This document shows positions 51,837 through 64,000 of a stretch of 64,000 nucleotides of DNA, piece after piece. This DNA is from Utricularia gibba (lineage: Eukaryota; Plantae; Magnoliophyta), in contig NEEC01000013.1 in NCBI GenBank assembly GCA_002189035.1, positions 186,001-250,000 of the forward strand, in the 5' to 3' direction. The stretch's first letter is position 1; every line of letters begins with the position of its first letter. A program made the translations under genes and the position numbers. The notes beneath the pieces were generated by a model that saw only the letters and a program-made list of their open reading frames with translations, was not told the origin of the DNA and ran no database searches.

Positions 51837-53285
51837 TGTTAGTGTATGTGTTCTAGAGACAATCAACTCATTGGCAAATCTTATCTTTTGATATTTAATT
51901 TGAATTGTGATCAAATTTATATCATTGATGAAATCCTCTACTTGATCTATGTGCTATAGAAATTATGATGAGATCATAATGTGAGATTCTTCAAGCAATC
52001 ATGATCAAGTTAAATCTCTCTGGCTAGAGTATTTGTGAAATGAGGATATCATAAATACGGATAAACTGGCACACATTGAGTTCCCTAAACAGTTTAGGCA
52101 ATGGTTCTCACAATTGATGTAATGAGATTACTAGAACCTATGTGTGGGTGTCGATTAGAGAATCGATTCACTGGATGACTCATCTTCGAGATGCTACTAT
52201 GGGAAGCTAACCAAGTGTAAATAGCAAGATCTCGAATATGACAGCCGTGCAAGTAAGCTTAGACTTGAGGTCAACAAAGTTATCTTGATCTTAAGCTCAC
52301 ATTTTCGCTCATTACTAATGGGAGCCTAACCATGGCTTGCCTAGTATGGATGAGTAGGGATGTGACTCCTTAAGGTTGGAGATAGTTGATTGATCAATAA
52401 AGGATTCATCACTCATGTTAGCAATGAGATCATATCTCAAGTAATTGCATCAAAGCCTAACAGTAAGTCCTGGGCCCAGGGTAATGACATTCAAATTCTT
52501 TGAGTAGGTCATTGATTGTTAGTGCTTGAATGCAATTATGAGTTCGATACATCAAAAAGACACACCCATGTTCTGGTACCGAATGAGATATAAGTATGAT
52601 GAAAGCTGTTCATTGCATGGTGGCTGGTCATGGAAATGCTCAATCAATTCACCTGATTATTCTTTAATCTTGGGGATCATGATATGTTGCTAGACATCAC
52701 TCATGATCGATAATGATGGATTTGATTAATTAAGAGTTAATTAATAAATCCATTATTACAGCCTTGATTGAGTAAGCCTATAGGGTTATACACAATAGTG
52801 GAGTCACTCATCGATATAAAATAGAATGACACAATTACATGAGATGTAATTGGTAAAGTGGATAATTTAAATAGAGAATTATTTTGAGATTAATATTGAT
52901 TAAACTCAAAATAAAAGATCTCATATAGATATGATTTGATATGTCACAAAATATATATCAAAAAAAATTTAGATCTTGAGATCTGCTCCAAGGTCTTCGT
53001 GCTCTCTGAGACTAATCCACAAGGAGATGTTTTTCTTTACTAGCACCTGAGGAATTTGACCAGCATTCAAGAGCCTTGAGAAGGTTATCGACGGAGTGCT
53101 CCACGTGTGGATACCATAGAGGCCGTCTGCTATTGGCGGTTGGTGAACAATGGAGTGATCTAAAAGGTATTTCAGAATCCCTTTGTCTAATGTATACCGT
53201 ATTCCAATATCTACGTTGGGGGTTTCTCAAAATTTTTAAAATTCCGCTGCTTTTGAGACATACAATGTCTACGAGAAACCCAACA
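51837..53285. mobile_element. Solo LTR, 1449 bp (copia Angela-like, tentative), TSD CCTTT/CCTTC, inside mudrA
   Basis: TGTTAG...CCAACA. Removal restores the MuDRA frame RPLMK-VADLLMDIKRDW. Confidence 0.8.
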
Positions 53286-55339
53286 CCTTCATCAATGGAC
53301 GATCAATGAGCCTATCCATGTACATCTTCCCAAGCCAACGCGTATTCATTGATTTGTTGTTCACATGTGGCCGACAATGGTCTCTATGTGGAGTAACTTC
53401 ATAAACACTCTAAGTCATCATCGGTGTTACCTTCACATACACCTTCCACGGGCATGTTACCCCTTCACTACCTCTACAACGAGCAATCAAACGACGCTTA
53501 TCATTCTTCTCAAACCAGAATTGGATTCCTTTCCGCACACAATATTCTTCTAGTGCATCTTTGGCCTTAGCTTTCGATTCAAAGATTATTCCTTCCCTAT
53601 AAATAAAACATAATTTAAATACTAAAAATAATAATAATACAACATAATCAAAACAAATTATATTTACACAAGTTCTTGTATTCGAACACTATCGCTTTCC
53701 ATTCTAATAATGTTCAAAGGCCCTTCACTTGTTTCATTTTGAGGAGCTTCCGATTGTATTCCTTCAGACATAGGAATTTCTAAAGCTTGCCCATAATCAT
53801 CATTCTCGATAGGGAATTGGTCATCAAGAATCTCGTAGTCTTTTTCCTCACTTCCATAATCAAATTCGAAGTCACTTTCATACTCCATGTGAGTATCTAT
53901 ATCTACAATTTCCAATTAGGAAATCAACAAAAAAAAAAGTAATGAGTACAATCTACACCTATTATTTTGATGAGACTAACAAGAAGAAAAGCAGAAGTCA
54001 CATGGAAAATCTGGGAAAACATGTATACAAAAAACATACAACTGTCTTGATAGCATAATAGAAAACATCACATAATCTAGTAGAAGAAATAGCACTAATC
54101 CATATAAAATTACATGTAAAGGGCACACATTTAATAACCCCATAGTGTGCAACATATTATGGAAGGACATATTATATATTAATCCACCTTGGTTAAAGGA
54201 TATTTTCCAGTTTTGCTCAAACTTTATCCACTGACCCAGCTGTGCTACCGCCAAGTTAGCATAAAAAACAGGACCCACTGCATAACATGCATGTCCAACT
54301 AGTCATCTGAAGCAAAACAATCTATATAGGCAGTTGTTTATTATCATATTTATCAACTGAAATGTTCAACAATAGCAACCAGGTGAATAAGAAGCAAATG
54401 CAACCAATTTTCCAGTTTTGCTCAACAGAATTGTTCAGCATCACTGATGCCAAGGAAAACCATCATTCACAAACCAACCGATTTTTTGCACAAAAGATCA
54501 ACAATAGCAACCAAGTGAATAAGAAGCAAATGCAATAATGCAAAGATTGGTATTATAAAGAAAAGGGGAATGGCTCCGCACTTATGCTGCTTTCTTGCTT
54601 GCCTCTACATCGGGAAAATTCTTGACGTTTGTTGTTTATTAGGGGCATCCCGAAAACAGAATGAAGCAAAAAAATTCACGAAAGCCATACCTTAAGAGCA
54701 ACTTCATGCCTTACTATTGTGTGGGAATCACTTCTCTCAATCTCTCATTAGTTTGACTTCACCCGTAAGTGGAGAAGAGACTCATCCCCAATTCAATTTA
54801 GGGTCAAATATCAAAAGTAAAATTTTTTAAATATTTTAATAATTAAATATATATTAATAAAATATTATTATTATGGAACCGGGTTCAATTATGTAAGTCA
54901 AATATGCCAAACTGGTAAATTATTTGGGTCAAATATGCCAAAATTTAAATTTTATCAGGTTAAATTTATCATTATTAAAAGTGTGTGTTATACAGTAACA
55001 AAAATCCATAGGTCAAATATGTCAATTTATCAAACTTATGTGTCAAATATGCCCATTCAAGAAACTTTATAGGTTCGTTATGCCCCGTTATGAAAATTTC
55101 TAGATCCGTTATATTCTAAACCCATAATTTTTAGGTCATATATGTAATTATCTCATTGAACATCATCTCTTGTTCTTGCTCTAGCAAAGGAGCATGTCTA
55201 TAGATTCTAGCACCTTTGTTAGCTTGAAATTTGCAGACTAATAATTGAAATAACTTTAACATAAAGTTGCACATTACAATCAAAATGTATTGTGTAATCA
55301 AACTTTAATCAAACCTTTAAATATTCTTTCCACCAAAAA

Positions 55340-55670
55340 TCAGTCACATTCATAGCACCATTGGGTTTAAACCCAATTGCAGTTTGTTCGATTAGCTTCA
55401 TCAAAATGTCCCAAGCTGCTTTCATCTTGTCCCACTTATTTTTCAGTTATGTTAGACTGTAACCTACGCTGGTTAGGTGGCTGAATTTGCTTACGATGTT
55501 TTCCCAACCAGTCTGATTAAAGTGGCTATTCGATCTATTGCATGTTCTAACCTCTTCAGAACAAACCCTTATGAAGATAGATGTATTTGCATCGTCCCAT
55601 TTGGTCGGCAATGAGGTGTCTTCATTATCCAAATATCCTGAAAAAAGATGAATAGAATAGATTAACATAG
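55340..55670 (-). pseudogene. Myb/SANT-like ORF1 of a PIF/Harbinger element
   Basis: KWDDANTSIFIRVCSEEV...HFNQTGWENIV..F......LKNKWDKMKAAW matches the Harbinger Myb/SANT-like pattern; contains a stop. Confidence 0.7.
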
Positions 55671-57233
55671 TAATCGTTTGTGAAGAGGTTGAGCTACCAT
55701 TTTATCAGTTACAGCAGCAACTTCAACAATATTAACAACTTTGGGAGATAAGTATTTGTTATTTAGAAATGAAAACAAAAAATCACCACTGGAAAACAAG
55801 AATAAATCAACATCAGAAAAGCAACTGAAACCTTAATGCATTCTTTAAATTGTGCAAACATCCAAATATCGCAAACCTTGTCAATTGTTCTTCTATCAAC
55901 TCTGTCGCTTCTGCTTGGAGTCTTATCTCTTGACCAAATCCAAGAAAAATGGCCCTAGGTCACGATTAGAAGCTGTGGATGTGTTTATTGTTGATAAAAT
56001 AGGAAATTAATTAAACAAATGAGGGTAAATGTGAATTAAATTTTTAGAAGCACTTCAGATTTTTTTGGAGCAAGTGAAGAGCTGCTCCAAAAAAAAACGT
56101 GGAGCAATTAGAAGTACTCTAAAAAAATTGCTCTAAAAAAATCAGAAGCATTATATGTTCTCATTTTAAATTTGCTCCTAGGTCACTTTTTATGAAGCGG
56201 AGCAGAAAAGACATATATTTAGTTTTATATTAGATTTGTTTGATATGTTTGGATAAGATTTTTTATCTAAATTTTATATATAAATATTTTAAATTTTCTG
56301 TAAATCTTTATTTCATTCTTTGACCTATTCTTAAGCTCAAATTCGTTCTCTCAAACCTATAAATTATTGGATTTTTATTTCTTTTTCAAATGGACCTAAA
56401 AATGGTCTAAAAATTCATAAAATATATTTTATTTCCAAAAAATTAAATTAATGTAAAATATGTAAAATCAATCAAAAATAATAAGAAAATAAAATATAAA
56501 ATAAGTAAAATCCACCCTCAATAGTTATGAAAAAACATGCTTTGAGGAAATACAAAATTACTTATGAAGTTAGGTTTTTATAAACCTATGTATGTATGTT
56601 TAGCTATAATTTTGGAAATCAAAAGTGTTTCTTTTATCACTTAAATTTAACACATATTTTTACTGAACTCAAGGTAATCAAAGTTCTATATTAATACCAA
56701 ACAATCTTTTAAGATTTGCGGTGTCATATTAAAAAGGTAATAACTAAAGATCAATTGATCAACCAAGTAAAAATATGATTGAATTTAGAAAAGAAAAAAA
56801 AAGATGTTTTGGTGAGTATGAAGTATTTTTTATATAGAAAAATTATATAAAAAATATCATGGTTTAACAAAATTACTTAATTGATCAATAAAAATTCTAT
56901 TTTCAGCTCTCTTATTTAAAAATTATTTGTAATGAATTCCTTATTATTTAAAAATCAGATAAAAAGAATCTCCAATGTTTTTAATTATGGTAAAATTTAT
57001 TTCTCAATATGAAATCCTAATTTTTTTTCTCTAATTTAATTTCTTACTAATACCGTCTTGCACACAAAACGAAATGGATTACATGCGTGGCAAGACTCTG
57101 GTTTTTCTCATACCAAAACAAATATGTAATAGGATGCATAGATTGATCATTGATTAAACATAAGACTCTAGTTTGCAGATGGTGAAACTGAAGGAGAAGA
57201 ACGTGCAACGGAACCTTTAGAAACAAGCTTGAA

Positions 57234-60200
57234 TCATTCACCCTCAGCTTTCCTCTTTTGCTTCTTCGAAGCAAATCTCATATCCTCCCCAGTGCTTTTG
57301 GCTGCAACATGGTTTTCCTTGTGCATAACATGAAGTTGTCAGTAAATACGTATGGAGTAAGAGACCTATGCTGAGGAGGATACCTTGGCTGTGGAAGTTG
57401 AGCAATGTATGGAGCCATTGGCTCTCTTCCCAAGATTGATTTTTACAGAGACTCTAGACTGCGATAAGTTAATACCAGATCTCTGCAGAGCTTGGGCGAT
57501 ATTATTCACTAACCTGTCCAATTCAAAATATGAAAAACAAGTAGAAGATTATGGGGGAGAATGGATGGATATAGATTTACGAATTTAGCTTTGAAGAGCA
57601 CCGTCCTTGACAAAAAGATATTGAAAAACAAGTTAAGCAGAAGGCATGGACTGAAATGAGCAGTTACCACTTCAGGTCTCACCCTTGGGAATAGATGCTT
57701 GAGATGCTCGCTGTGCCACTCTCGGTAGACTGTTGCCCTTGGTGGTCATTCATTTTCCGATCGACCATGGAGATCATATCTTCTGGTCCACTTGATCTCA
57801 TTTGCTGACTTTGCAATGGATTCCATTTCATGGTTTTGTCAGCATCGGAAGATGTGGCGGCTGCAACATAACTGAAGGCATTTATCGTTGTGGGGGATTC
57901 TGTTCCATTCAGTGCAGATGCAGGCACCAGTTGACCCCCTTCTTTAGTTTTGGCGGTTGTTAAATCCGAGTCACTGAGGTTCTGGCCGATGCTTGGGATA
58001 CCAGGGGATAGAACAGCTTTGTTCCCATCAAAGGTCATGGCAGGAGCCAGCACCGGCCCAGAATCTGTGTCAGCACCTTGCTTATTGGCAATATGATCAT
58101 TCTTCTGGTTTCACAAAGGCTACAAGTCATAAAAAGAGAGAGAATAAAGCAGTTATTCAGGTACACGAAACTGTAGCAATTTACCCATTGCATCATCTTT
58201 GCAGGCTCATGTTTCCATATATTATATGGGCTCTCATATCTATTTACTCTGTCTTGTAAGAACTGAATGTATTCAATAACCTGAGGGATTGTGCCGATTC
58301 AGATACCATGTTGAGCAGTACATTCCACAGCCTTGATGAAAAACAAACTATTAAGTATTGAACCCCACTCACCTCTAATAAGAAGGATGCCTTGTCTTTC
58401 TTTTGTTCACTGTTGGGAATGACCTCTCTGAGCTTCTGAAACCTGCGCGTAGAAGATACATCCTGAAAACTCAGGGTAACGGTGGATCCAGGATTGTGCA
58501 TCGTTCATGTGGCATACCGGTCGTTGATTTTACTCCTCCTGCGTTGCTCCGTGGCAGAGTGTTTTGAGCGGATTGTGTTGGACTTTTGATTTAGTGCCTT
58601 GTTTTCCAATTTCAATGATACACTTCCTGCTAGTTGAAGATTTTACGGTGGCAGTCATTACTGTAGATGAAGTGAGATCTGCAAATTGTAGTAAACTCAT
58701 CATACCTTTCAACGGAGAATGAGATGGTGTGTCGCTCTTGATTACCATGTCGTCCTCATCCTCTCCTTGGCTGCTCTTAGCTGCCGTTATAATTTCGATG
58801 AAGCTTTGTTTCTTCTTAGATGGTAGCGGACTGAAGAAATCAAATGTGAAATTGGTACATGAAAGTGTAAAACTCTGGAATGGTAAGCAAATGGAAGAAA
58901 CAAGTTACGGCAACGATGAGACTGAGCTGAGGGGTGCAATGGTATTCTTCTGCTTTGATGGTGACCATGAAGTCCTTTCCAAGACCGAAGATGTCCATTC
59001 CCCTCCAACCATATCCATCCCTGCTTGCACACTCCAAATATATCCGATATAAACATCTAGTTATAAACTTGGAATGACGATACGAACAGCAGGAGCAGTT
59101 CGAAAGCATAACAATTACACATACATGACTCAACAGAAGCTTAACAGAATGCTCGGAATTCCTGGAAACACTTACCATAGCTCTGCTTATAAGAGCTGAC
59201 ACAATTTTTGGAAACACAAACATATGAAAACTTCACCTGGCAAATTACTTCTACTGGTAGCAGCATTCTCCTTCCCTGTCTTTCCCTTTACAATGGCATA
59301 TTCATCCCATCGTCTGAAAATGCTTTCATCATTTTCATGAGCACTACTTGTCCGTGCAGCAAGCATCCCGTTTCTCTCGGTCTCCGAGACCCTTTGGCCA
59401 ATGTAGGAAATGTTGTATCCTCCTATTGCTCCGGGCAATAGGGGATCCATCGTTCCACATTCAGCGGGCCAGGGAGGACGGTTTCCGACAGCAGCCATTC
59501 CAGCAAAGTTGTCTTCTCTATCCGTGGGCCCAACTCGTTCCAATGGTTGTAAGAAATCATGAGTCACAACAAAGCTACCTAAATTTAAGAGAATAACTTC
59601 AAGCTCATTCTTAAAGCATTTATATCGTAAGTAAGCGTTCAAAATGAAACATGGATCAGGTATCCGTGAAACGCACACAACGAATACAATTCCCGGTGTT
59701 TCCATCCTATGATTTCAACAGAAATAAAATGTCTAAGGACAAAATATAAACCCCGTCTTCTGCAGAAAGAAGAAAACCAAAAGCTAGTGAAGTGACCCAA
59801 AAAAACAAGTATACTTCACTAAAAAAAAAAAAAGAATCTGGGAAACAAAAGGAAAACAGACAAAGCTCCAAAACAAGGCGGGACCAGATATATAATTACG
59901 AAAACACCCTCGCAGAAGACCTGCCACCTACCCCAGCTCTGAGCTTTTACCCCCCCTTGATTTGGGCAAAAGTCAGCCTACCGAGGAGCTTCGACGGGGC
60001 CACGACGACGGAGGAATGCTCAGATCTAACGTGCACCGATTATGACATGGGTCACAGACTGCGCCGCTCGTGGGCTGCCCACCACTCCGATTTTTTCCCC
60101 TCTTCCCAACCCAAAATCATGCAGTTTCACCCAACCCCACAACTGAATAACATACATAATATTATTCCCAAGTGTTCGTTTTTTCTTGTTTTTACTTTTT

Positions 60201-60728
60201 TCCCATCCACCTCGAGTCTTTACGCGACCCCCCACGCCTACAATTCTCACTGTATCGGGATCCTCAATGGTTCAGATGTCAGTGAATAGTAGTTGAGTCT
60301 CACAAAACGGAAAAAGAGGGGCGACTGAAACTCGCCTCCAGGATAATCAGTGCTATTGAAAAGAACCCCCAAAACAAACGATTTGAGATTTCTGAAAAAA
60401 CCAGTTACAACAAACGTGAAGGCAGTGCGAAGCACTCTAATGGGAAAAAGAGGATTTTGCATGCAAGACTGGGGAACAGAGGCGGAAATGCATGAACGCA
60501 ATAAAAAGATGTATTTAATTGCTACCTTGTGGAGGGGTAGGATCTTGATTGCTCGGAGACGACGCGTAGAGTGAGAGAAAATCATGGGTTGCTTTTCCAC
60601 CTACCGTGAACAATTTAAGAAAACTAATGTGAAACCGTTCTAATGATTAATCTGGGAAAACTTTGTAAGCTGGGCTGATTTTAATGTTCACCTTTAGTTT
60701 CTAGGGGTCTGGATTGAGGCAATTCCAT
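57234..60728 (-). CDS. BIM1: bHLH transcription factor BIM1-like, 525 aa; exons 60728-60692, 60600-60526, 59578-59237, 59020-58909, 58830-58706, 58626-58518, 58442-58373, 58280-58185, 58080-57683, 57513-57384, 57317-57234
   Basis: [103 protein letters not shown]. Ten GT-AG introns give an open frame of 1578 nt. Confidence 0.9.
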
Positions 60729-61875
60729 CTAAATCTCGTGCAATCCACTCAAATTCGCCGATGAATTCAGATCCAAGAACACCAGAAAATCAGCTGCTGG
60801 GCATTCCGAGCTAATTTCTCCGGAACTATTCGAGGCTCCTTTTCCAGAACCCACTAGGATTTCAGCTCATCCAAGAAACCCCATCTGAATTTTCCAAATC
60901 TTCTTCCCCTGAATTACCCATAATCCATCTGCATACTTATCGAAATAAATCAACAAAAAACGAGGAGAAGATTCATACCCTTCAGAGCCCGCTTAATATT
61001 CAGGAATCCACATCAGATTCTCAAAAGAAACCTGCCCTCAAAATAGTGTGTATCGCAGGAGTCGTTGAAATCATACGAAACCCAGAACGGAAGGAAGATA
61101 CGCGCCAGTGGAAAGTGGGGTGGAATAAAAAGTGTTTTGGGTGGATAAAAAAAAGAATGCAGTTTTTCTGTCTGAAATTTCTCTTCTCCCCCTCGGCAGA
61201 CGGCTCAGAGATCTTCTTCTTCTTCTTCTTCTAGTTCAAGAGTTTCTCACACGGTACAGATCACGCGTATGTATTTACAGAGAGATTCGGATCCTGGGGG
61301 GGGGCCGGGCGCGGGGAAGAGATTTTCTCCTTCTTCGTTTTCGTTTCTCCGAATAACAACCACCAGCCATTGTTGGGCGTCCATGTTTTTGTGGGTTGTC
61401 TGTTGCCGTTAAGTGCACAAACGGCGTTTGGGCGGTCGCCGTCGGATGACGTGGAGAAGACAATTATTATTTTATATACAAAAAGCATTATTTTCCCTTT
61501 TTTAATCTTATTTTATCACGATTAATGTTCCATTCGCAAATGTCGATTTCTAGGTGTGCACGCCGCGCCTAATAAATGATCCAACCACGAGATATGGGCA
61601 ATGCATCCTTTCCCGATATTACGATAATCAACATTTCCATATTGATTTTATTGCTTTAAATATAGAATTTAACATGAAATCATCCCATAATCCATAGTGC
61701 TGCCCTGGAGATTGGACTTTCTACATTTCATTGATGTGAATACGAGTTTAGGCTAATTCATTATGTGGCAAAGACCAGGCTGTGCTGAAAAAAGTGGCGC
61801 TGTTAAGAAGAAGAAAAACAAAAAAGAAAGAAAGAAAGAGGTGAAATTATTATCCTTGGATGAATATGATGGGCG

Positions 61876-62581
61876 CACGTGCGAAGGACATGGGGTAAAG
61901 GATTGCCTGGGGAACCGGGAAAGCAGCAGCTGAGCTGACGTGAAATTTGACTGTTGGGATGGTGCCCCTCACGTGACCCCTACCCATTTATCCGTTGACC
62001 CTAACATGCCTGCCCGCCTGCCTCCGATCAAATTTTCATTTTTTTTTTCCTTCCAATAAAAAAATCAAAATGATTTACCGAGAAATAATTCAACAGAATT
62101 TGTCCTTGGCGGCACGACATTATTTAATCAAATTAAGCATACAGTAATCTTAAGAGACAGAGAGTTCGTTAGTTATACAATAAATCTCCATAACAGCATA
62201 CGATTCGACGCCCTGGAAGTCATGATTGGAACAACACTTGGCTTCAACGTGGTGTAATGACGGCACCTTCTCTTCGGAGCACGACCCGAAATTACAAAAG
62301 GATCTTAAAATAAATGCAGGGAAAACATCAAGAATGAAACTATATTTGTAATTATGCATAGATAGAATAAAAATTCGGTTTCTCAAGAAGAAAAAACCGT
62401 CTTGATGTTGCATGCTTTTAGTTAAAAAAAAAATTTAAAGGAAAATTATGCATACATACGGCGCTTTTTGTAATGAAAGGGATGGGCACGTGGTGGGATC
62501 TCCGTGCGATGCGGTAAAACTCACGTGATCGAGGTGCCTAGCCTACTACCACTACCACCACCACGTTCCCCGAATCACGTG
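61876..62581. promoter_or_regulatory. Cluster of five G-boxes (CACGTG) upstream of BIM1
   Basis: CACGTG at 61876, 61970, 62487, 62522, 62576. TCP-like GGACCCAC at about 62607 and GTGGGCC at about 62658. Confidence 0.65.
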
Positions 62582-64000
62582 GCCAAACTGATATAATTTC
62601 GAGTGGGGACCCACCACGCGGCGCATATCCACTGCTACTCCCATTTTCAATGAGCCCGTGGGGCCGGCCCATGTTCGCCGTTCCCGTTCTTGTTTTCTAG
62701 ATTCCCGTGGGCGGGGTACTTTCGTCATTAGTCCAAAATCCATTCTTGGAGTAAATTCATATATTTGTAAAATATAATTGCAAAATTAATATAAATGAAA
62801 TATTTGAAAATATGTTTAGTTCATAAAATGAAATTAAGATAGAAAATATTTCGAATAAATTTTTTTTCTAATATTTCTTGAGTTTAATAACACCATCTTA
62901 AAACAAATCAAGTGATAGAGGTCGGAAATTGGTAAATGCCATATGAAAAAGGAAGGCTGCATAATTGAGCGGAGAAGAGATCATCAAATCGGTTCTTGCT
63001 AGACGAAATTGATTTTGGATCAGTAAATGAACTCTTACAATCGATAACATAAGCACATGCCTGTGGGAATGGGAGACGGACGATGTAAGGCCTCAGCCAT
63101 TTGAACAGAATTTGAAAAGTAACGATTTGCAGGAATTCAAAACAGACAGTGTTTATATGTTTAATTAGATTATACGTGTGATTGATATACCCACTAGGCA
63201 CATAAAGTAACTAACATCCGCAAAAATCAGTTGACTAAGCTTCTCTTATAAATAAGATAACGTTTGAAAAGAAAAGTATTTTACATTCTACACACTATTT
63301 GTAATTCTTTCTTTTTACTCCTTGCTGGAATCATTTATCTAATTAATCCCTCCAACTTTATAATTTTTTTATTTCGATGATTTTCATGCAAATTTTTTTT
63401 TATTTCTTTTACTACTTTATACCTTAATCGGAAGCGAAACCTAAACCATCAGATCACATATATAGTTCGGATTCATACCCGTACATCAGATCGACCTAGA
63501 ACACTGATTTGCTCCCACAACATCAAGTCTAATTTAAATGATAAAAACAGATGATGTAAATATTAGGTAGACACAATTTACTCTTAGTTAGAATTGCTAA
63601 AAGTTTTTGTATGTTGAATCAAGATTTACTTTCTAAAAAAAATTGATGGACTAATGACAGTGCTAAGTATTTGTTTGTTTACATAGCAAATGCAGAAATT
63701 TGTGATCTTACACTATTAAAAATGACATACATGTCTTTATGCCATTGCCCTCTAAACATCAAATTGAATGAAAATGTTATTACCTTAAAACACTTGAACT
63801 TATACATGAGAGGCTTTGGAATTTAATCATGGAAGTGAAGGAATTGAAATAAAGAGTTAATGACATTTCTATCATCAAATAATGTGCTAGTTATTTTATT
63901 TTATTTTAATTTTAGATTAATTTAGGTTAATTAGTTTGAGTGATTCAAATTTGGTCTTTCAAATTAGGAGCAGGTTATATGTTAGACATTTTTGCTTTAT

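Larger units (their letters stand above)
45016..53915 (-). pseudogene. mudrA: MuDRA-type transposase, fragmented by three insertions
   Basis: FEKNDKRRLIARC..CPW (MuDR N-terminal domain, about 53500), IGVDGT...DPNNGVFPLAWGVV...SDR (catalytic), NNNSESLNS, CDCRVWEITG|IPYKHA (SWIM, split by intron 49279-45786), GRP, CSTCDKKGH. Confidence 0.88.
41592..55153 (-). mobile_element. Mutator-like element Y carrying mudrA and a Ulp1 domain, with nested insertions
   Basis: CATATTTGACCC repeats at 41590-41990 face GGGTCAAATATG repeats at 54790-55153, which end GTAATTATCTC. Internal MuDRA and Ulp1 exons on the minus strand. No TSD recovered; the left tip seems lost. Confidence 0.7.

Noticed and set aside
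59170-59200. Possible BIM1 micro-exon with strong ATG|GTAAGT donor
   Set aside because: Its phase does not fit the downstream acceptor, and direct splicing 59237 to 59020 already gives an open frame.
60928-60978. 5' UTR intron and uORFs in the BIM1 leader
   Set aside because: A 51-bp intron is too short to trust and the TSS is unknown.
62908-63201. 97-aa minus-strand ORF
   Set aside because: No recognisable motif, start context or splice support.

Overview
AT-rich plant (eudicot-like) nuclear DNA, mostly nested transposon debris around three host genes: the last two exons of a cytosolic aldehyde dehydrogenase (ALDH2C4/REF1-like, +, 26-449), an 8-exon mitochondrial rhomboid (RBL12-like, -, 19398-21644, with a 1-bp frameshift in the last exon), and an 11-exon bHLH BIM1-like gene (-, 57234-60728) with a G-box cluster upstream. 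There is also a decayed LRR-III receptor kinase tail. Transposons: a near full-length Tat/Retand gypsy element (23511-34192) inserted in a copia, an Athila fragment, a hAT MITE, several solo LTRs with TSDs, a split PIF/Harbinger, and a 15-kb Mutator complex (40069-55153). Best leads: (1) a MULE whose MuDRA transposase appears to read in one spliced frame through SWIM and a CCHC knuckle into a Ulp1/C48 SUMO-protease domain, with the protease exons still intact, plus a second nested MULE with a DNA-binding-domain/Ulp1 fusion; (2) an intron-containing antisense accessory gene with an SV40-like NLS inside the Retand element; (3) two unexplained hairpin arrays sharing a CGATCC-N13-GGATCG geometry. 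All alignments and translations were done by eye; family names come from recalled motifs, not database searches.
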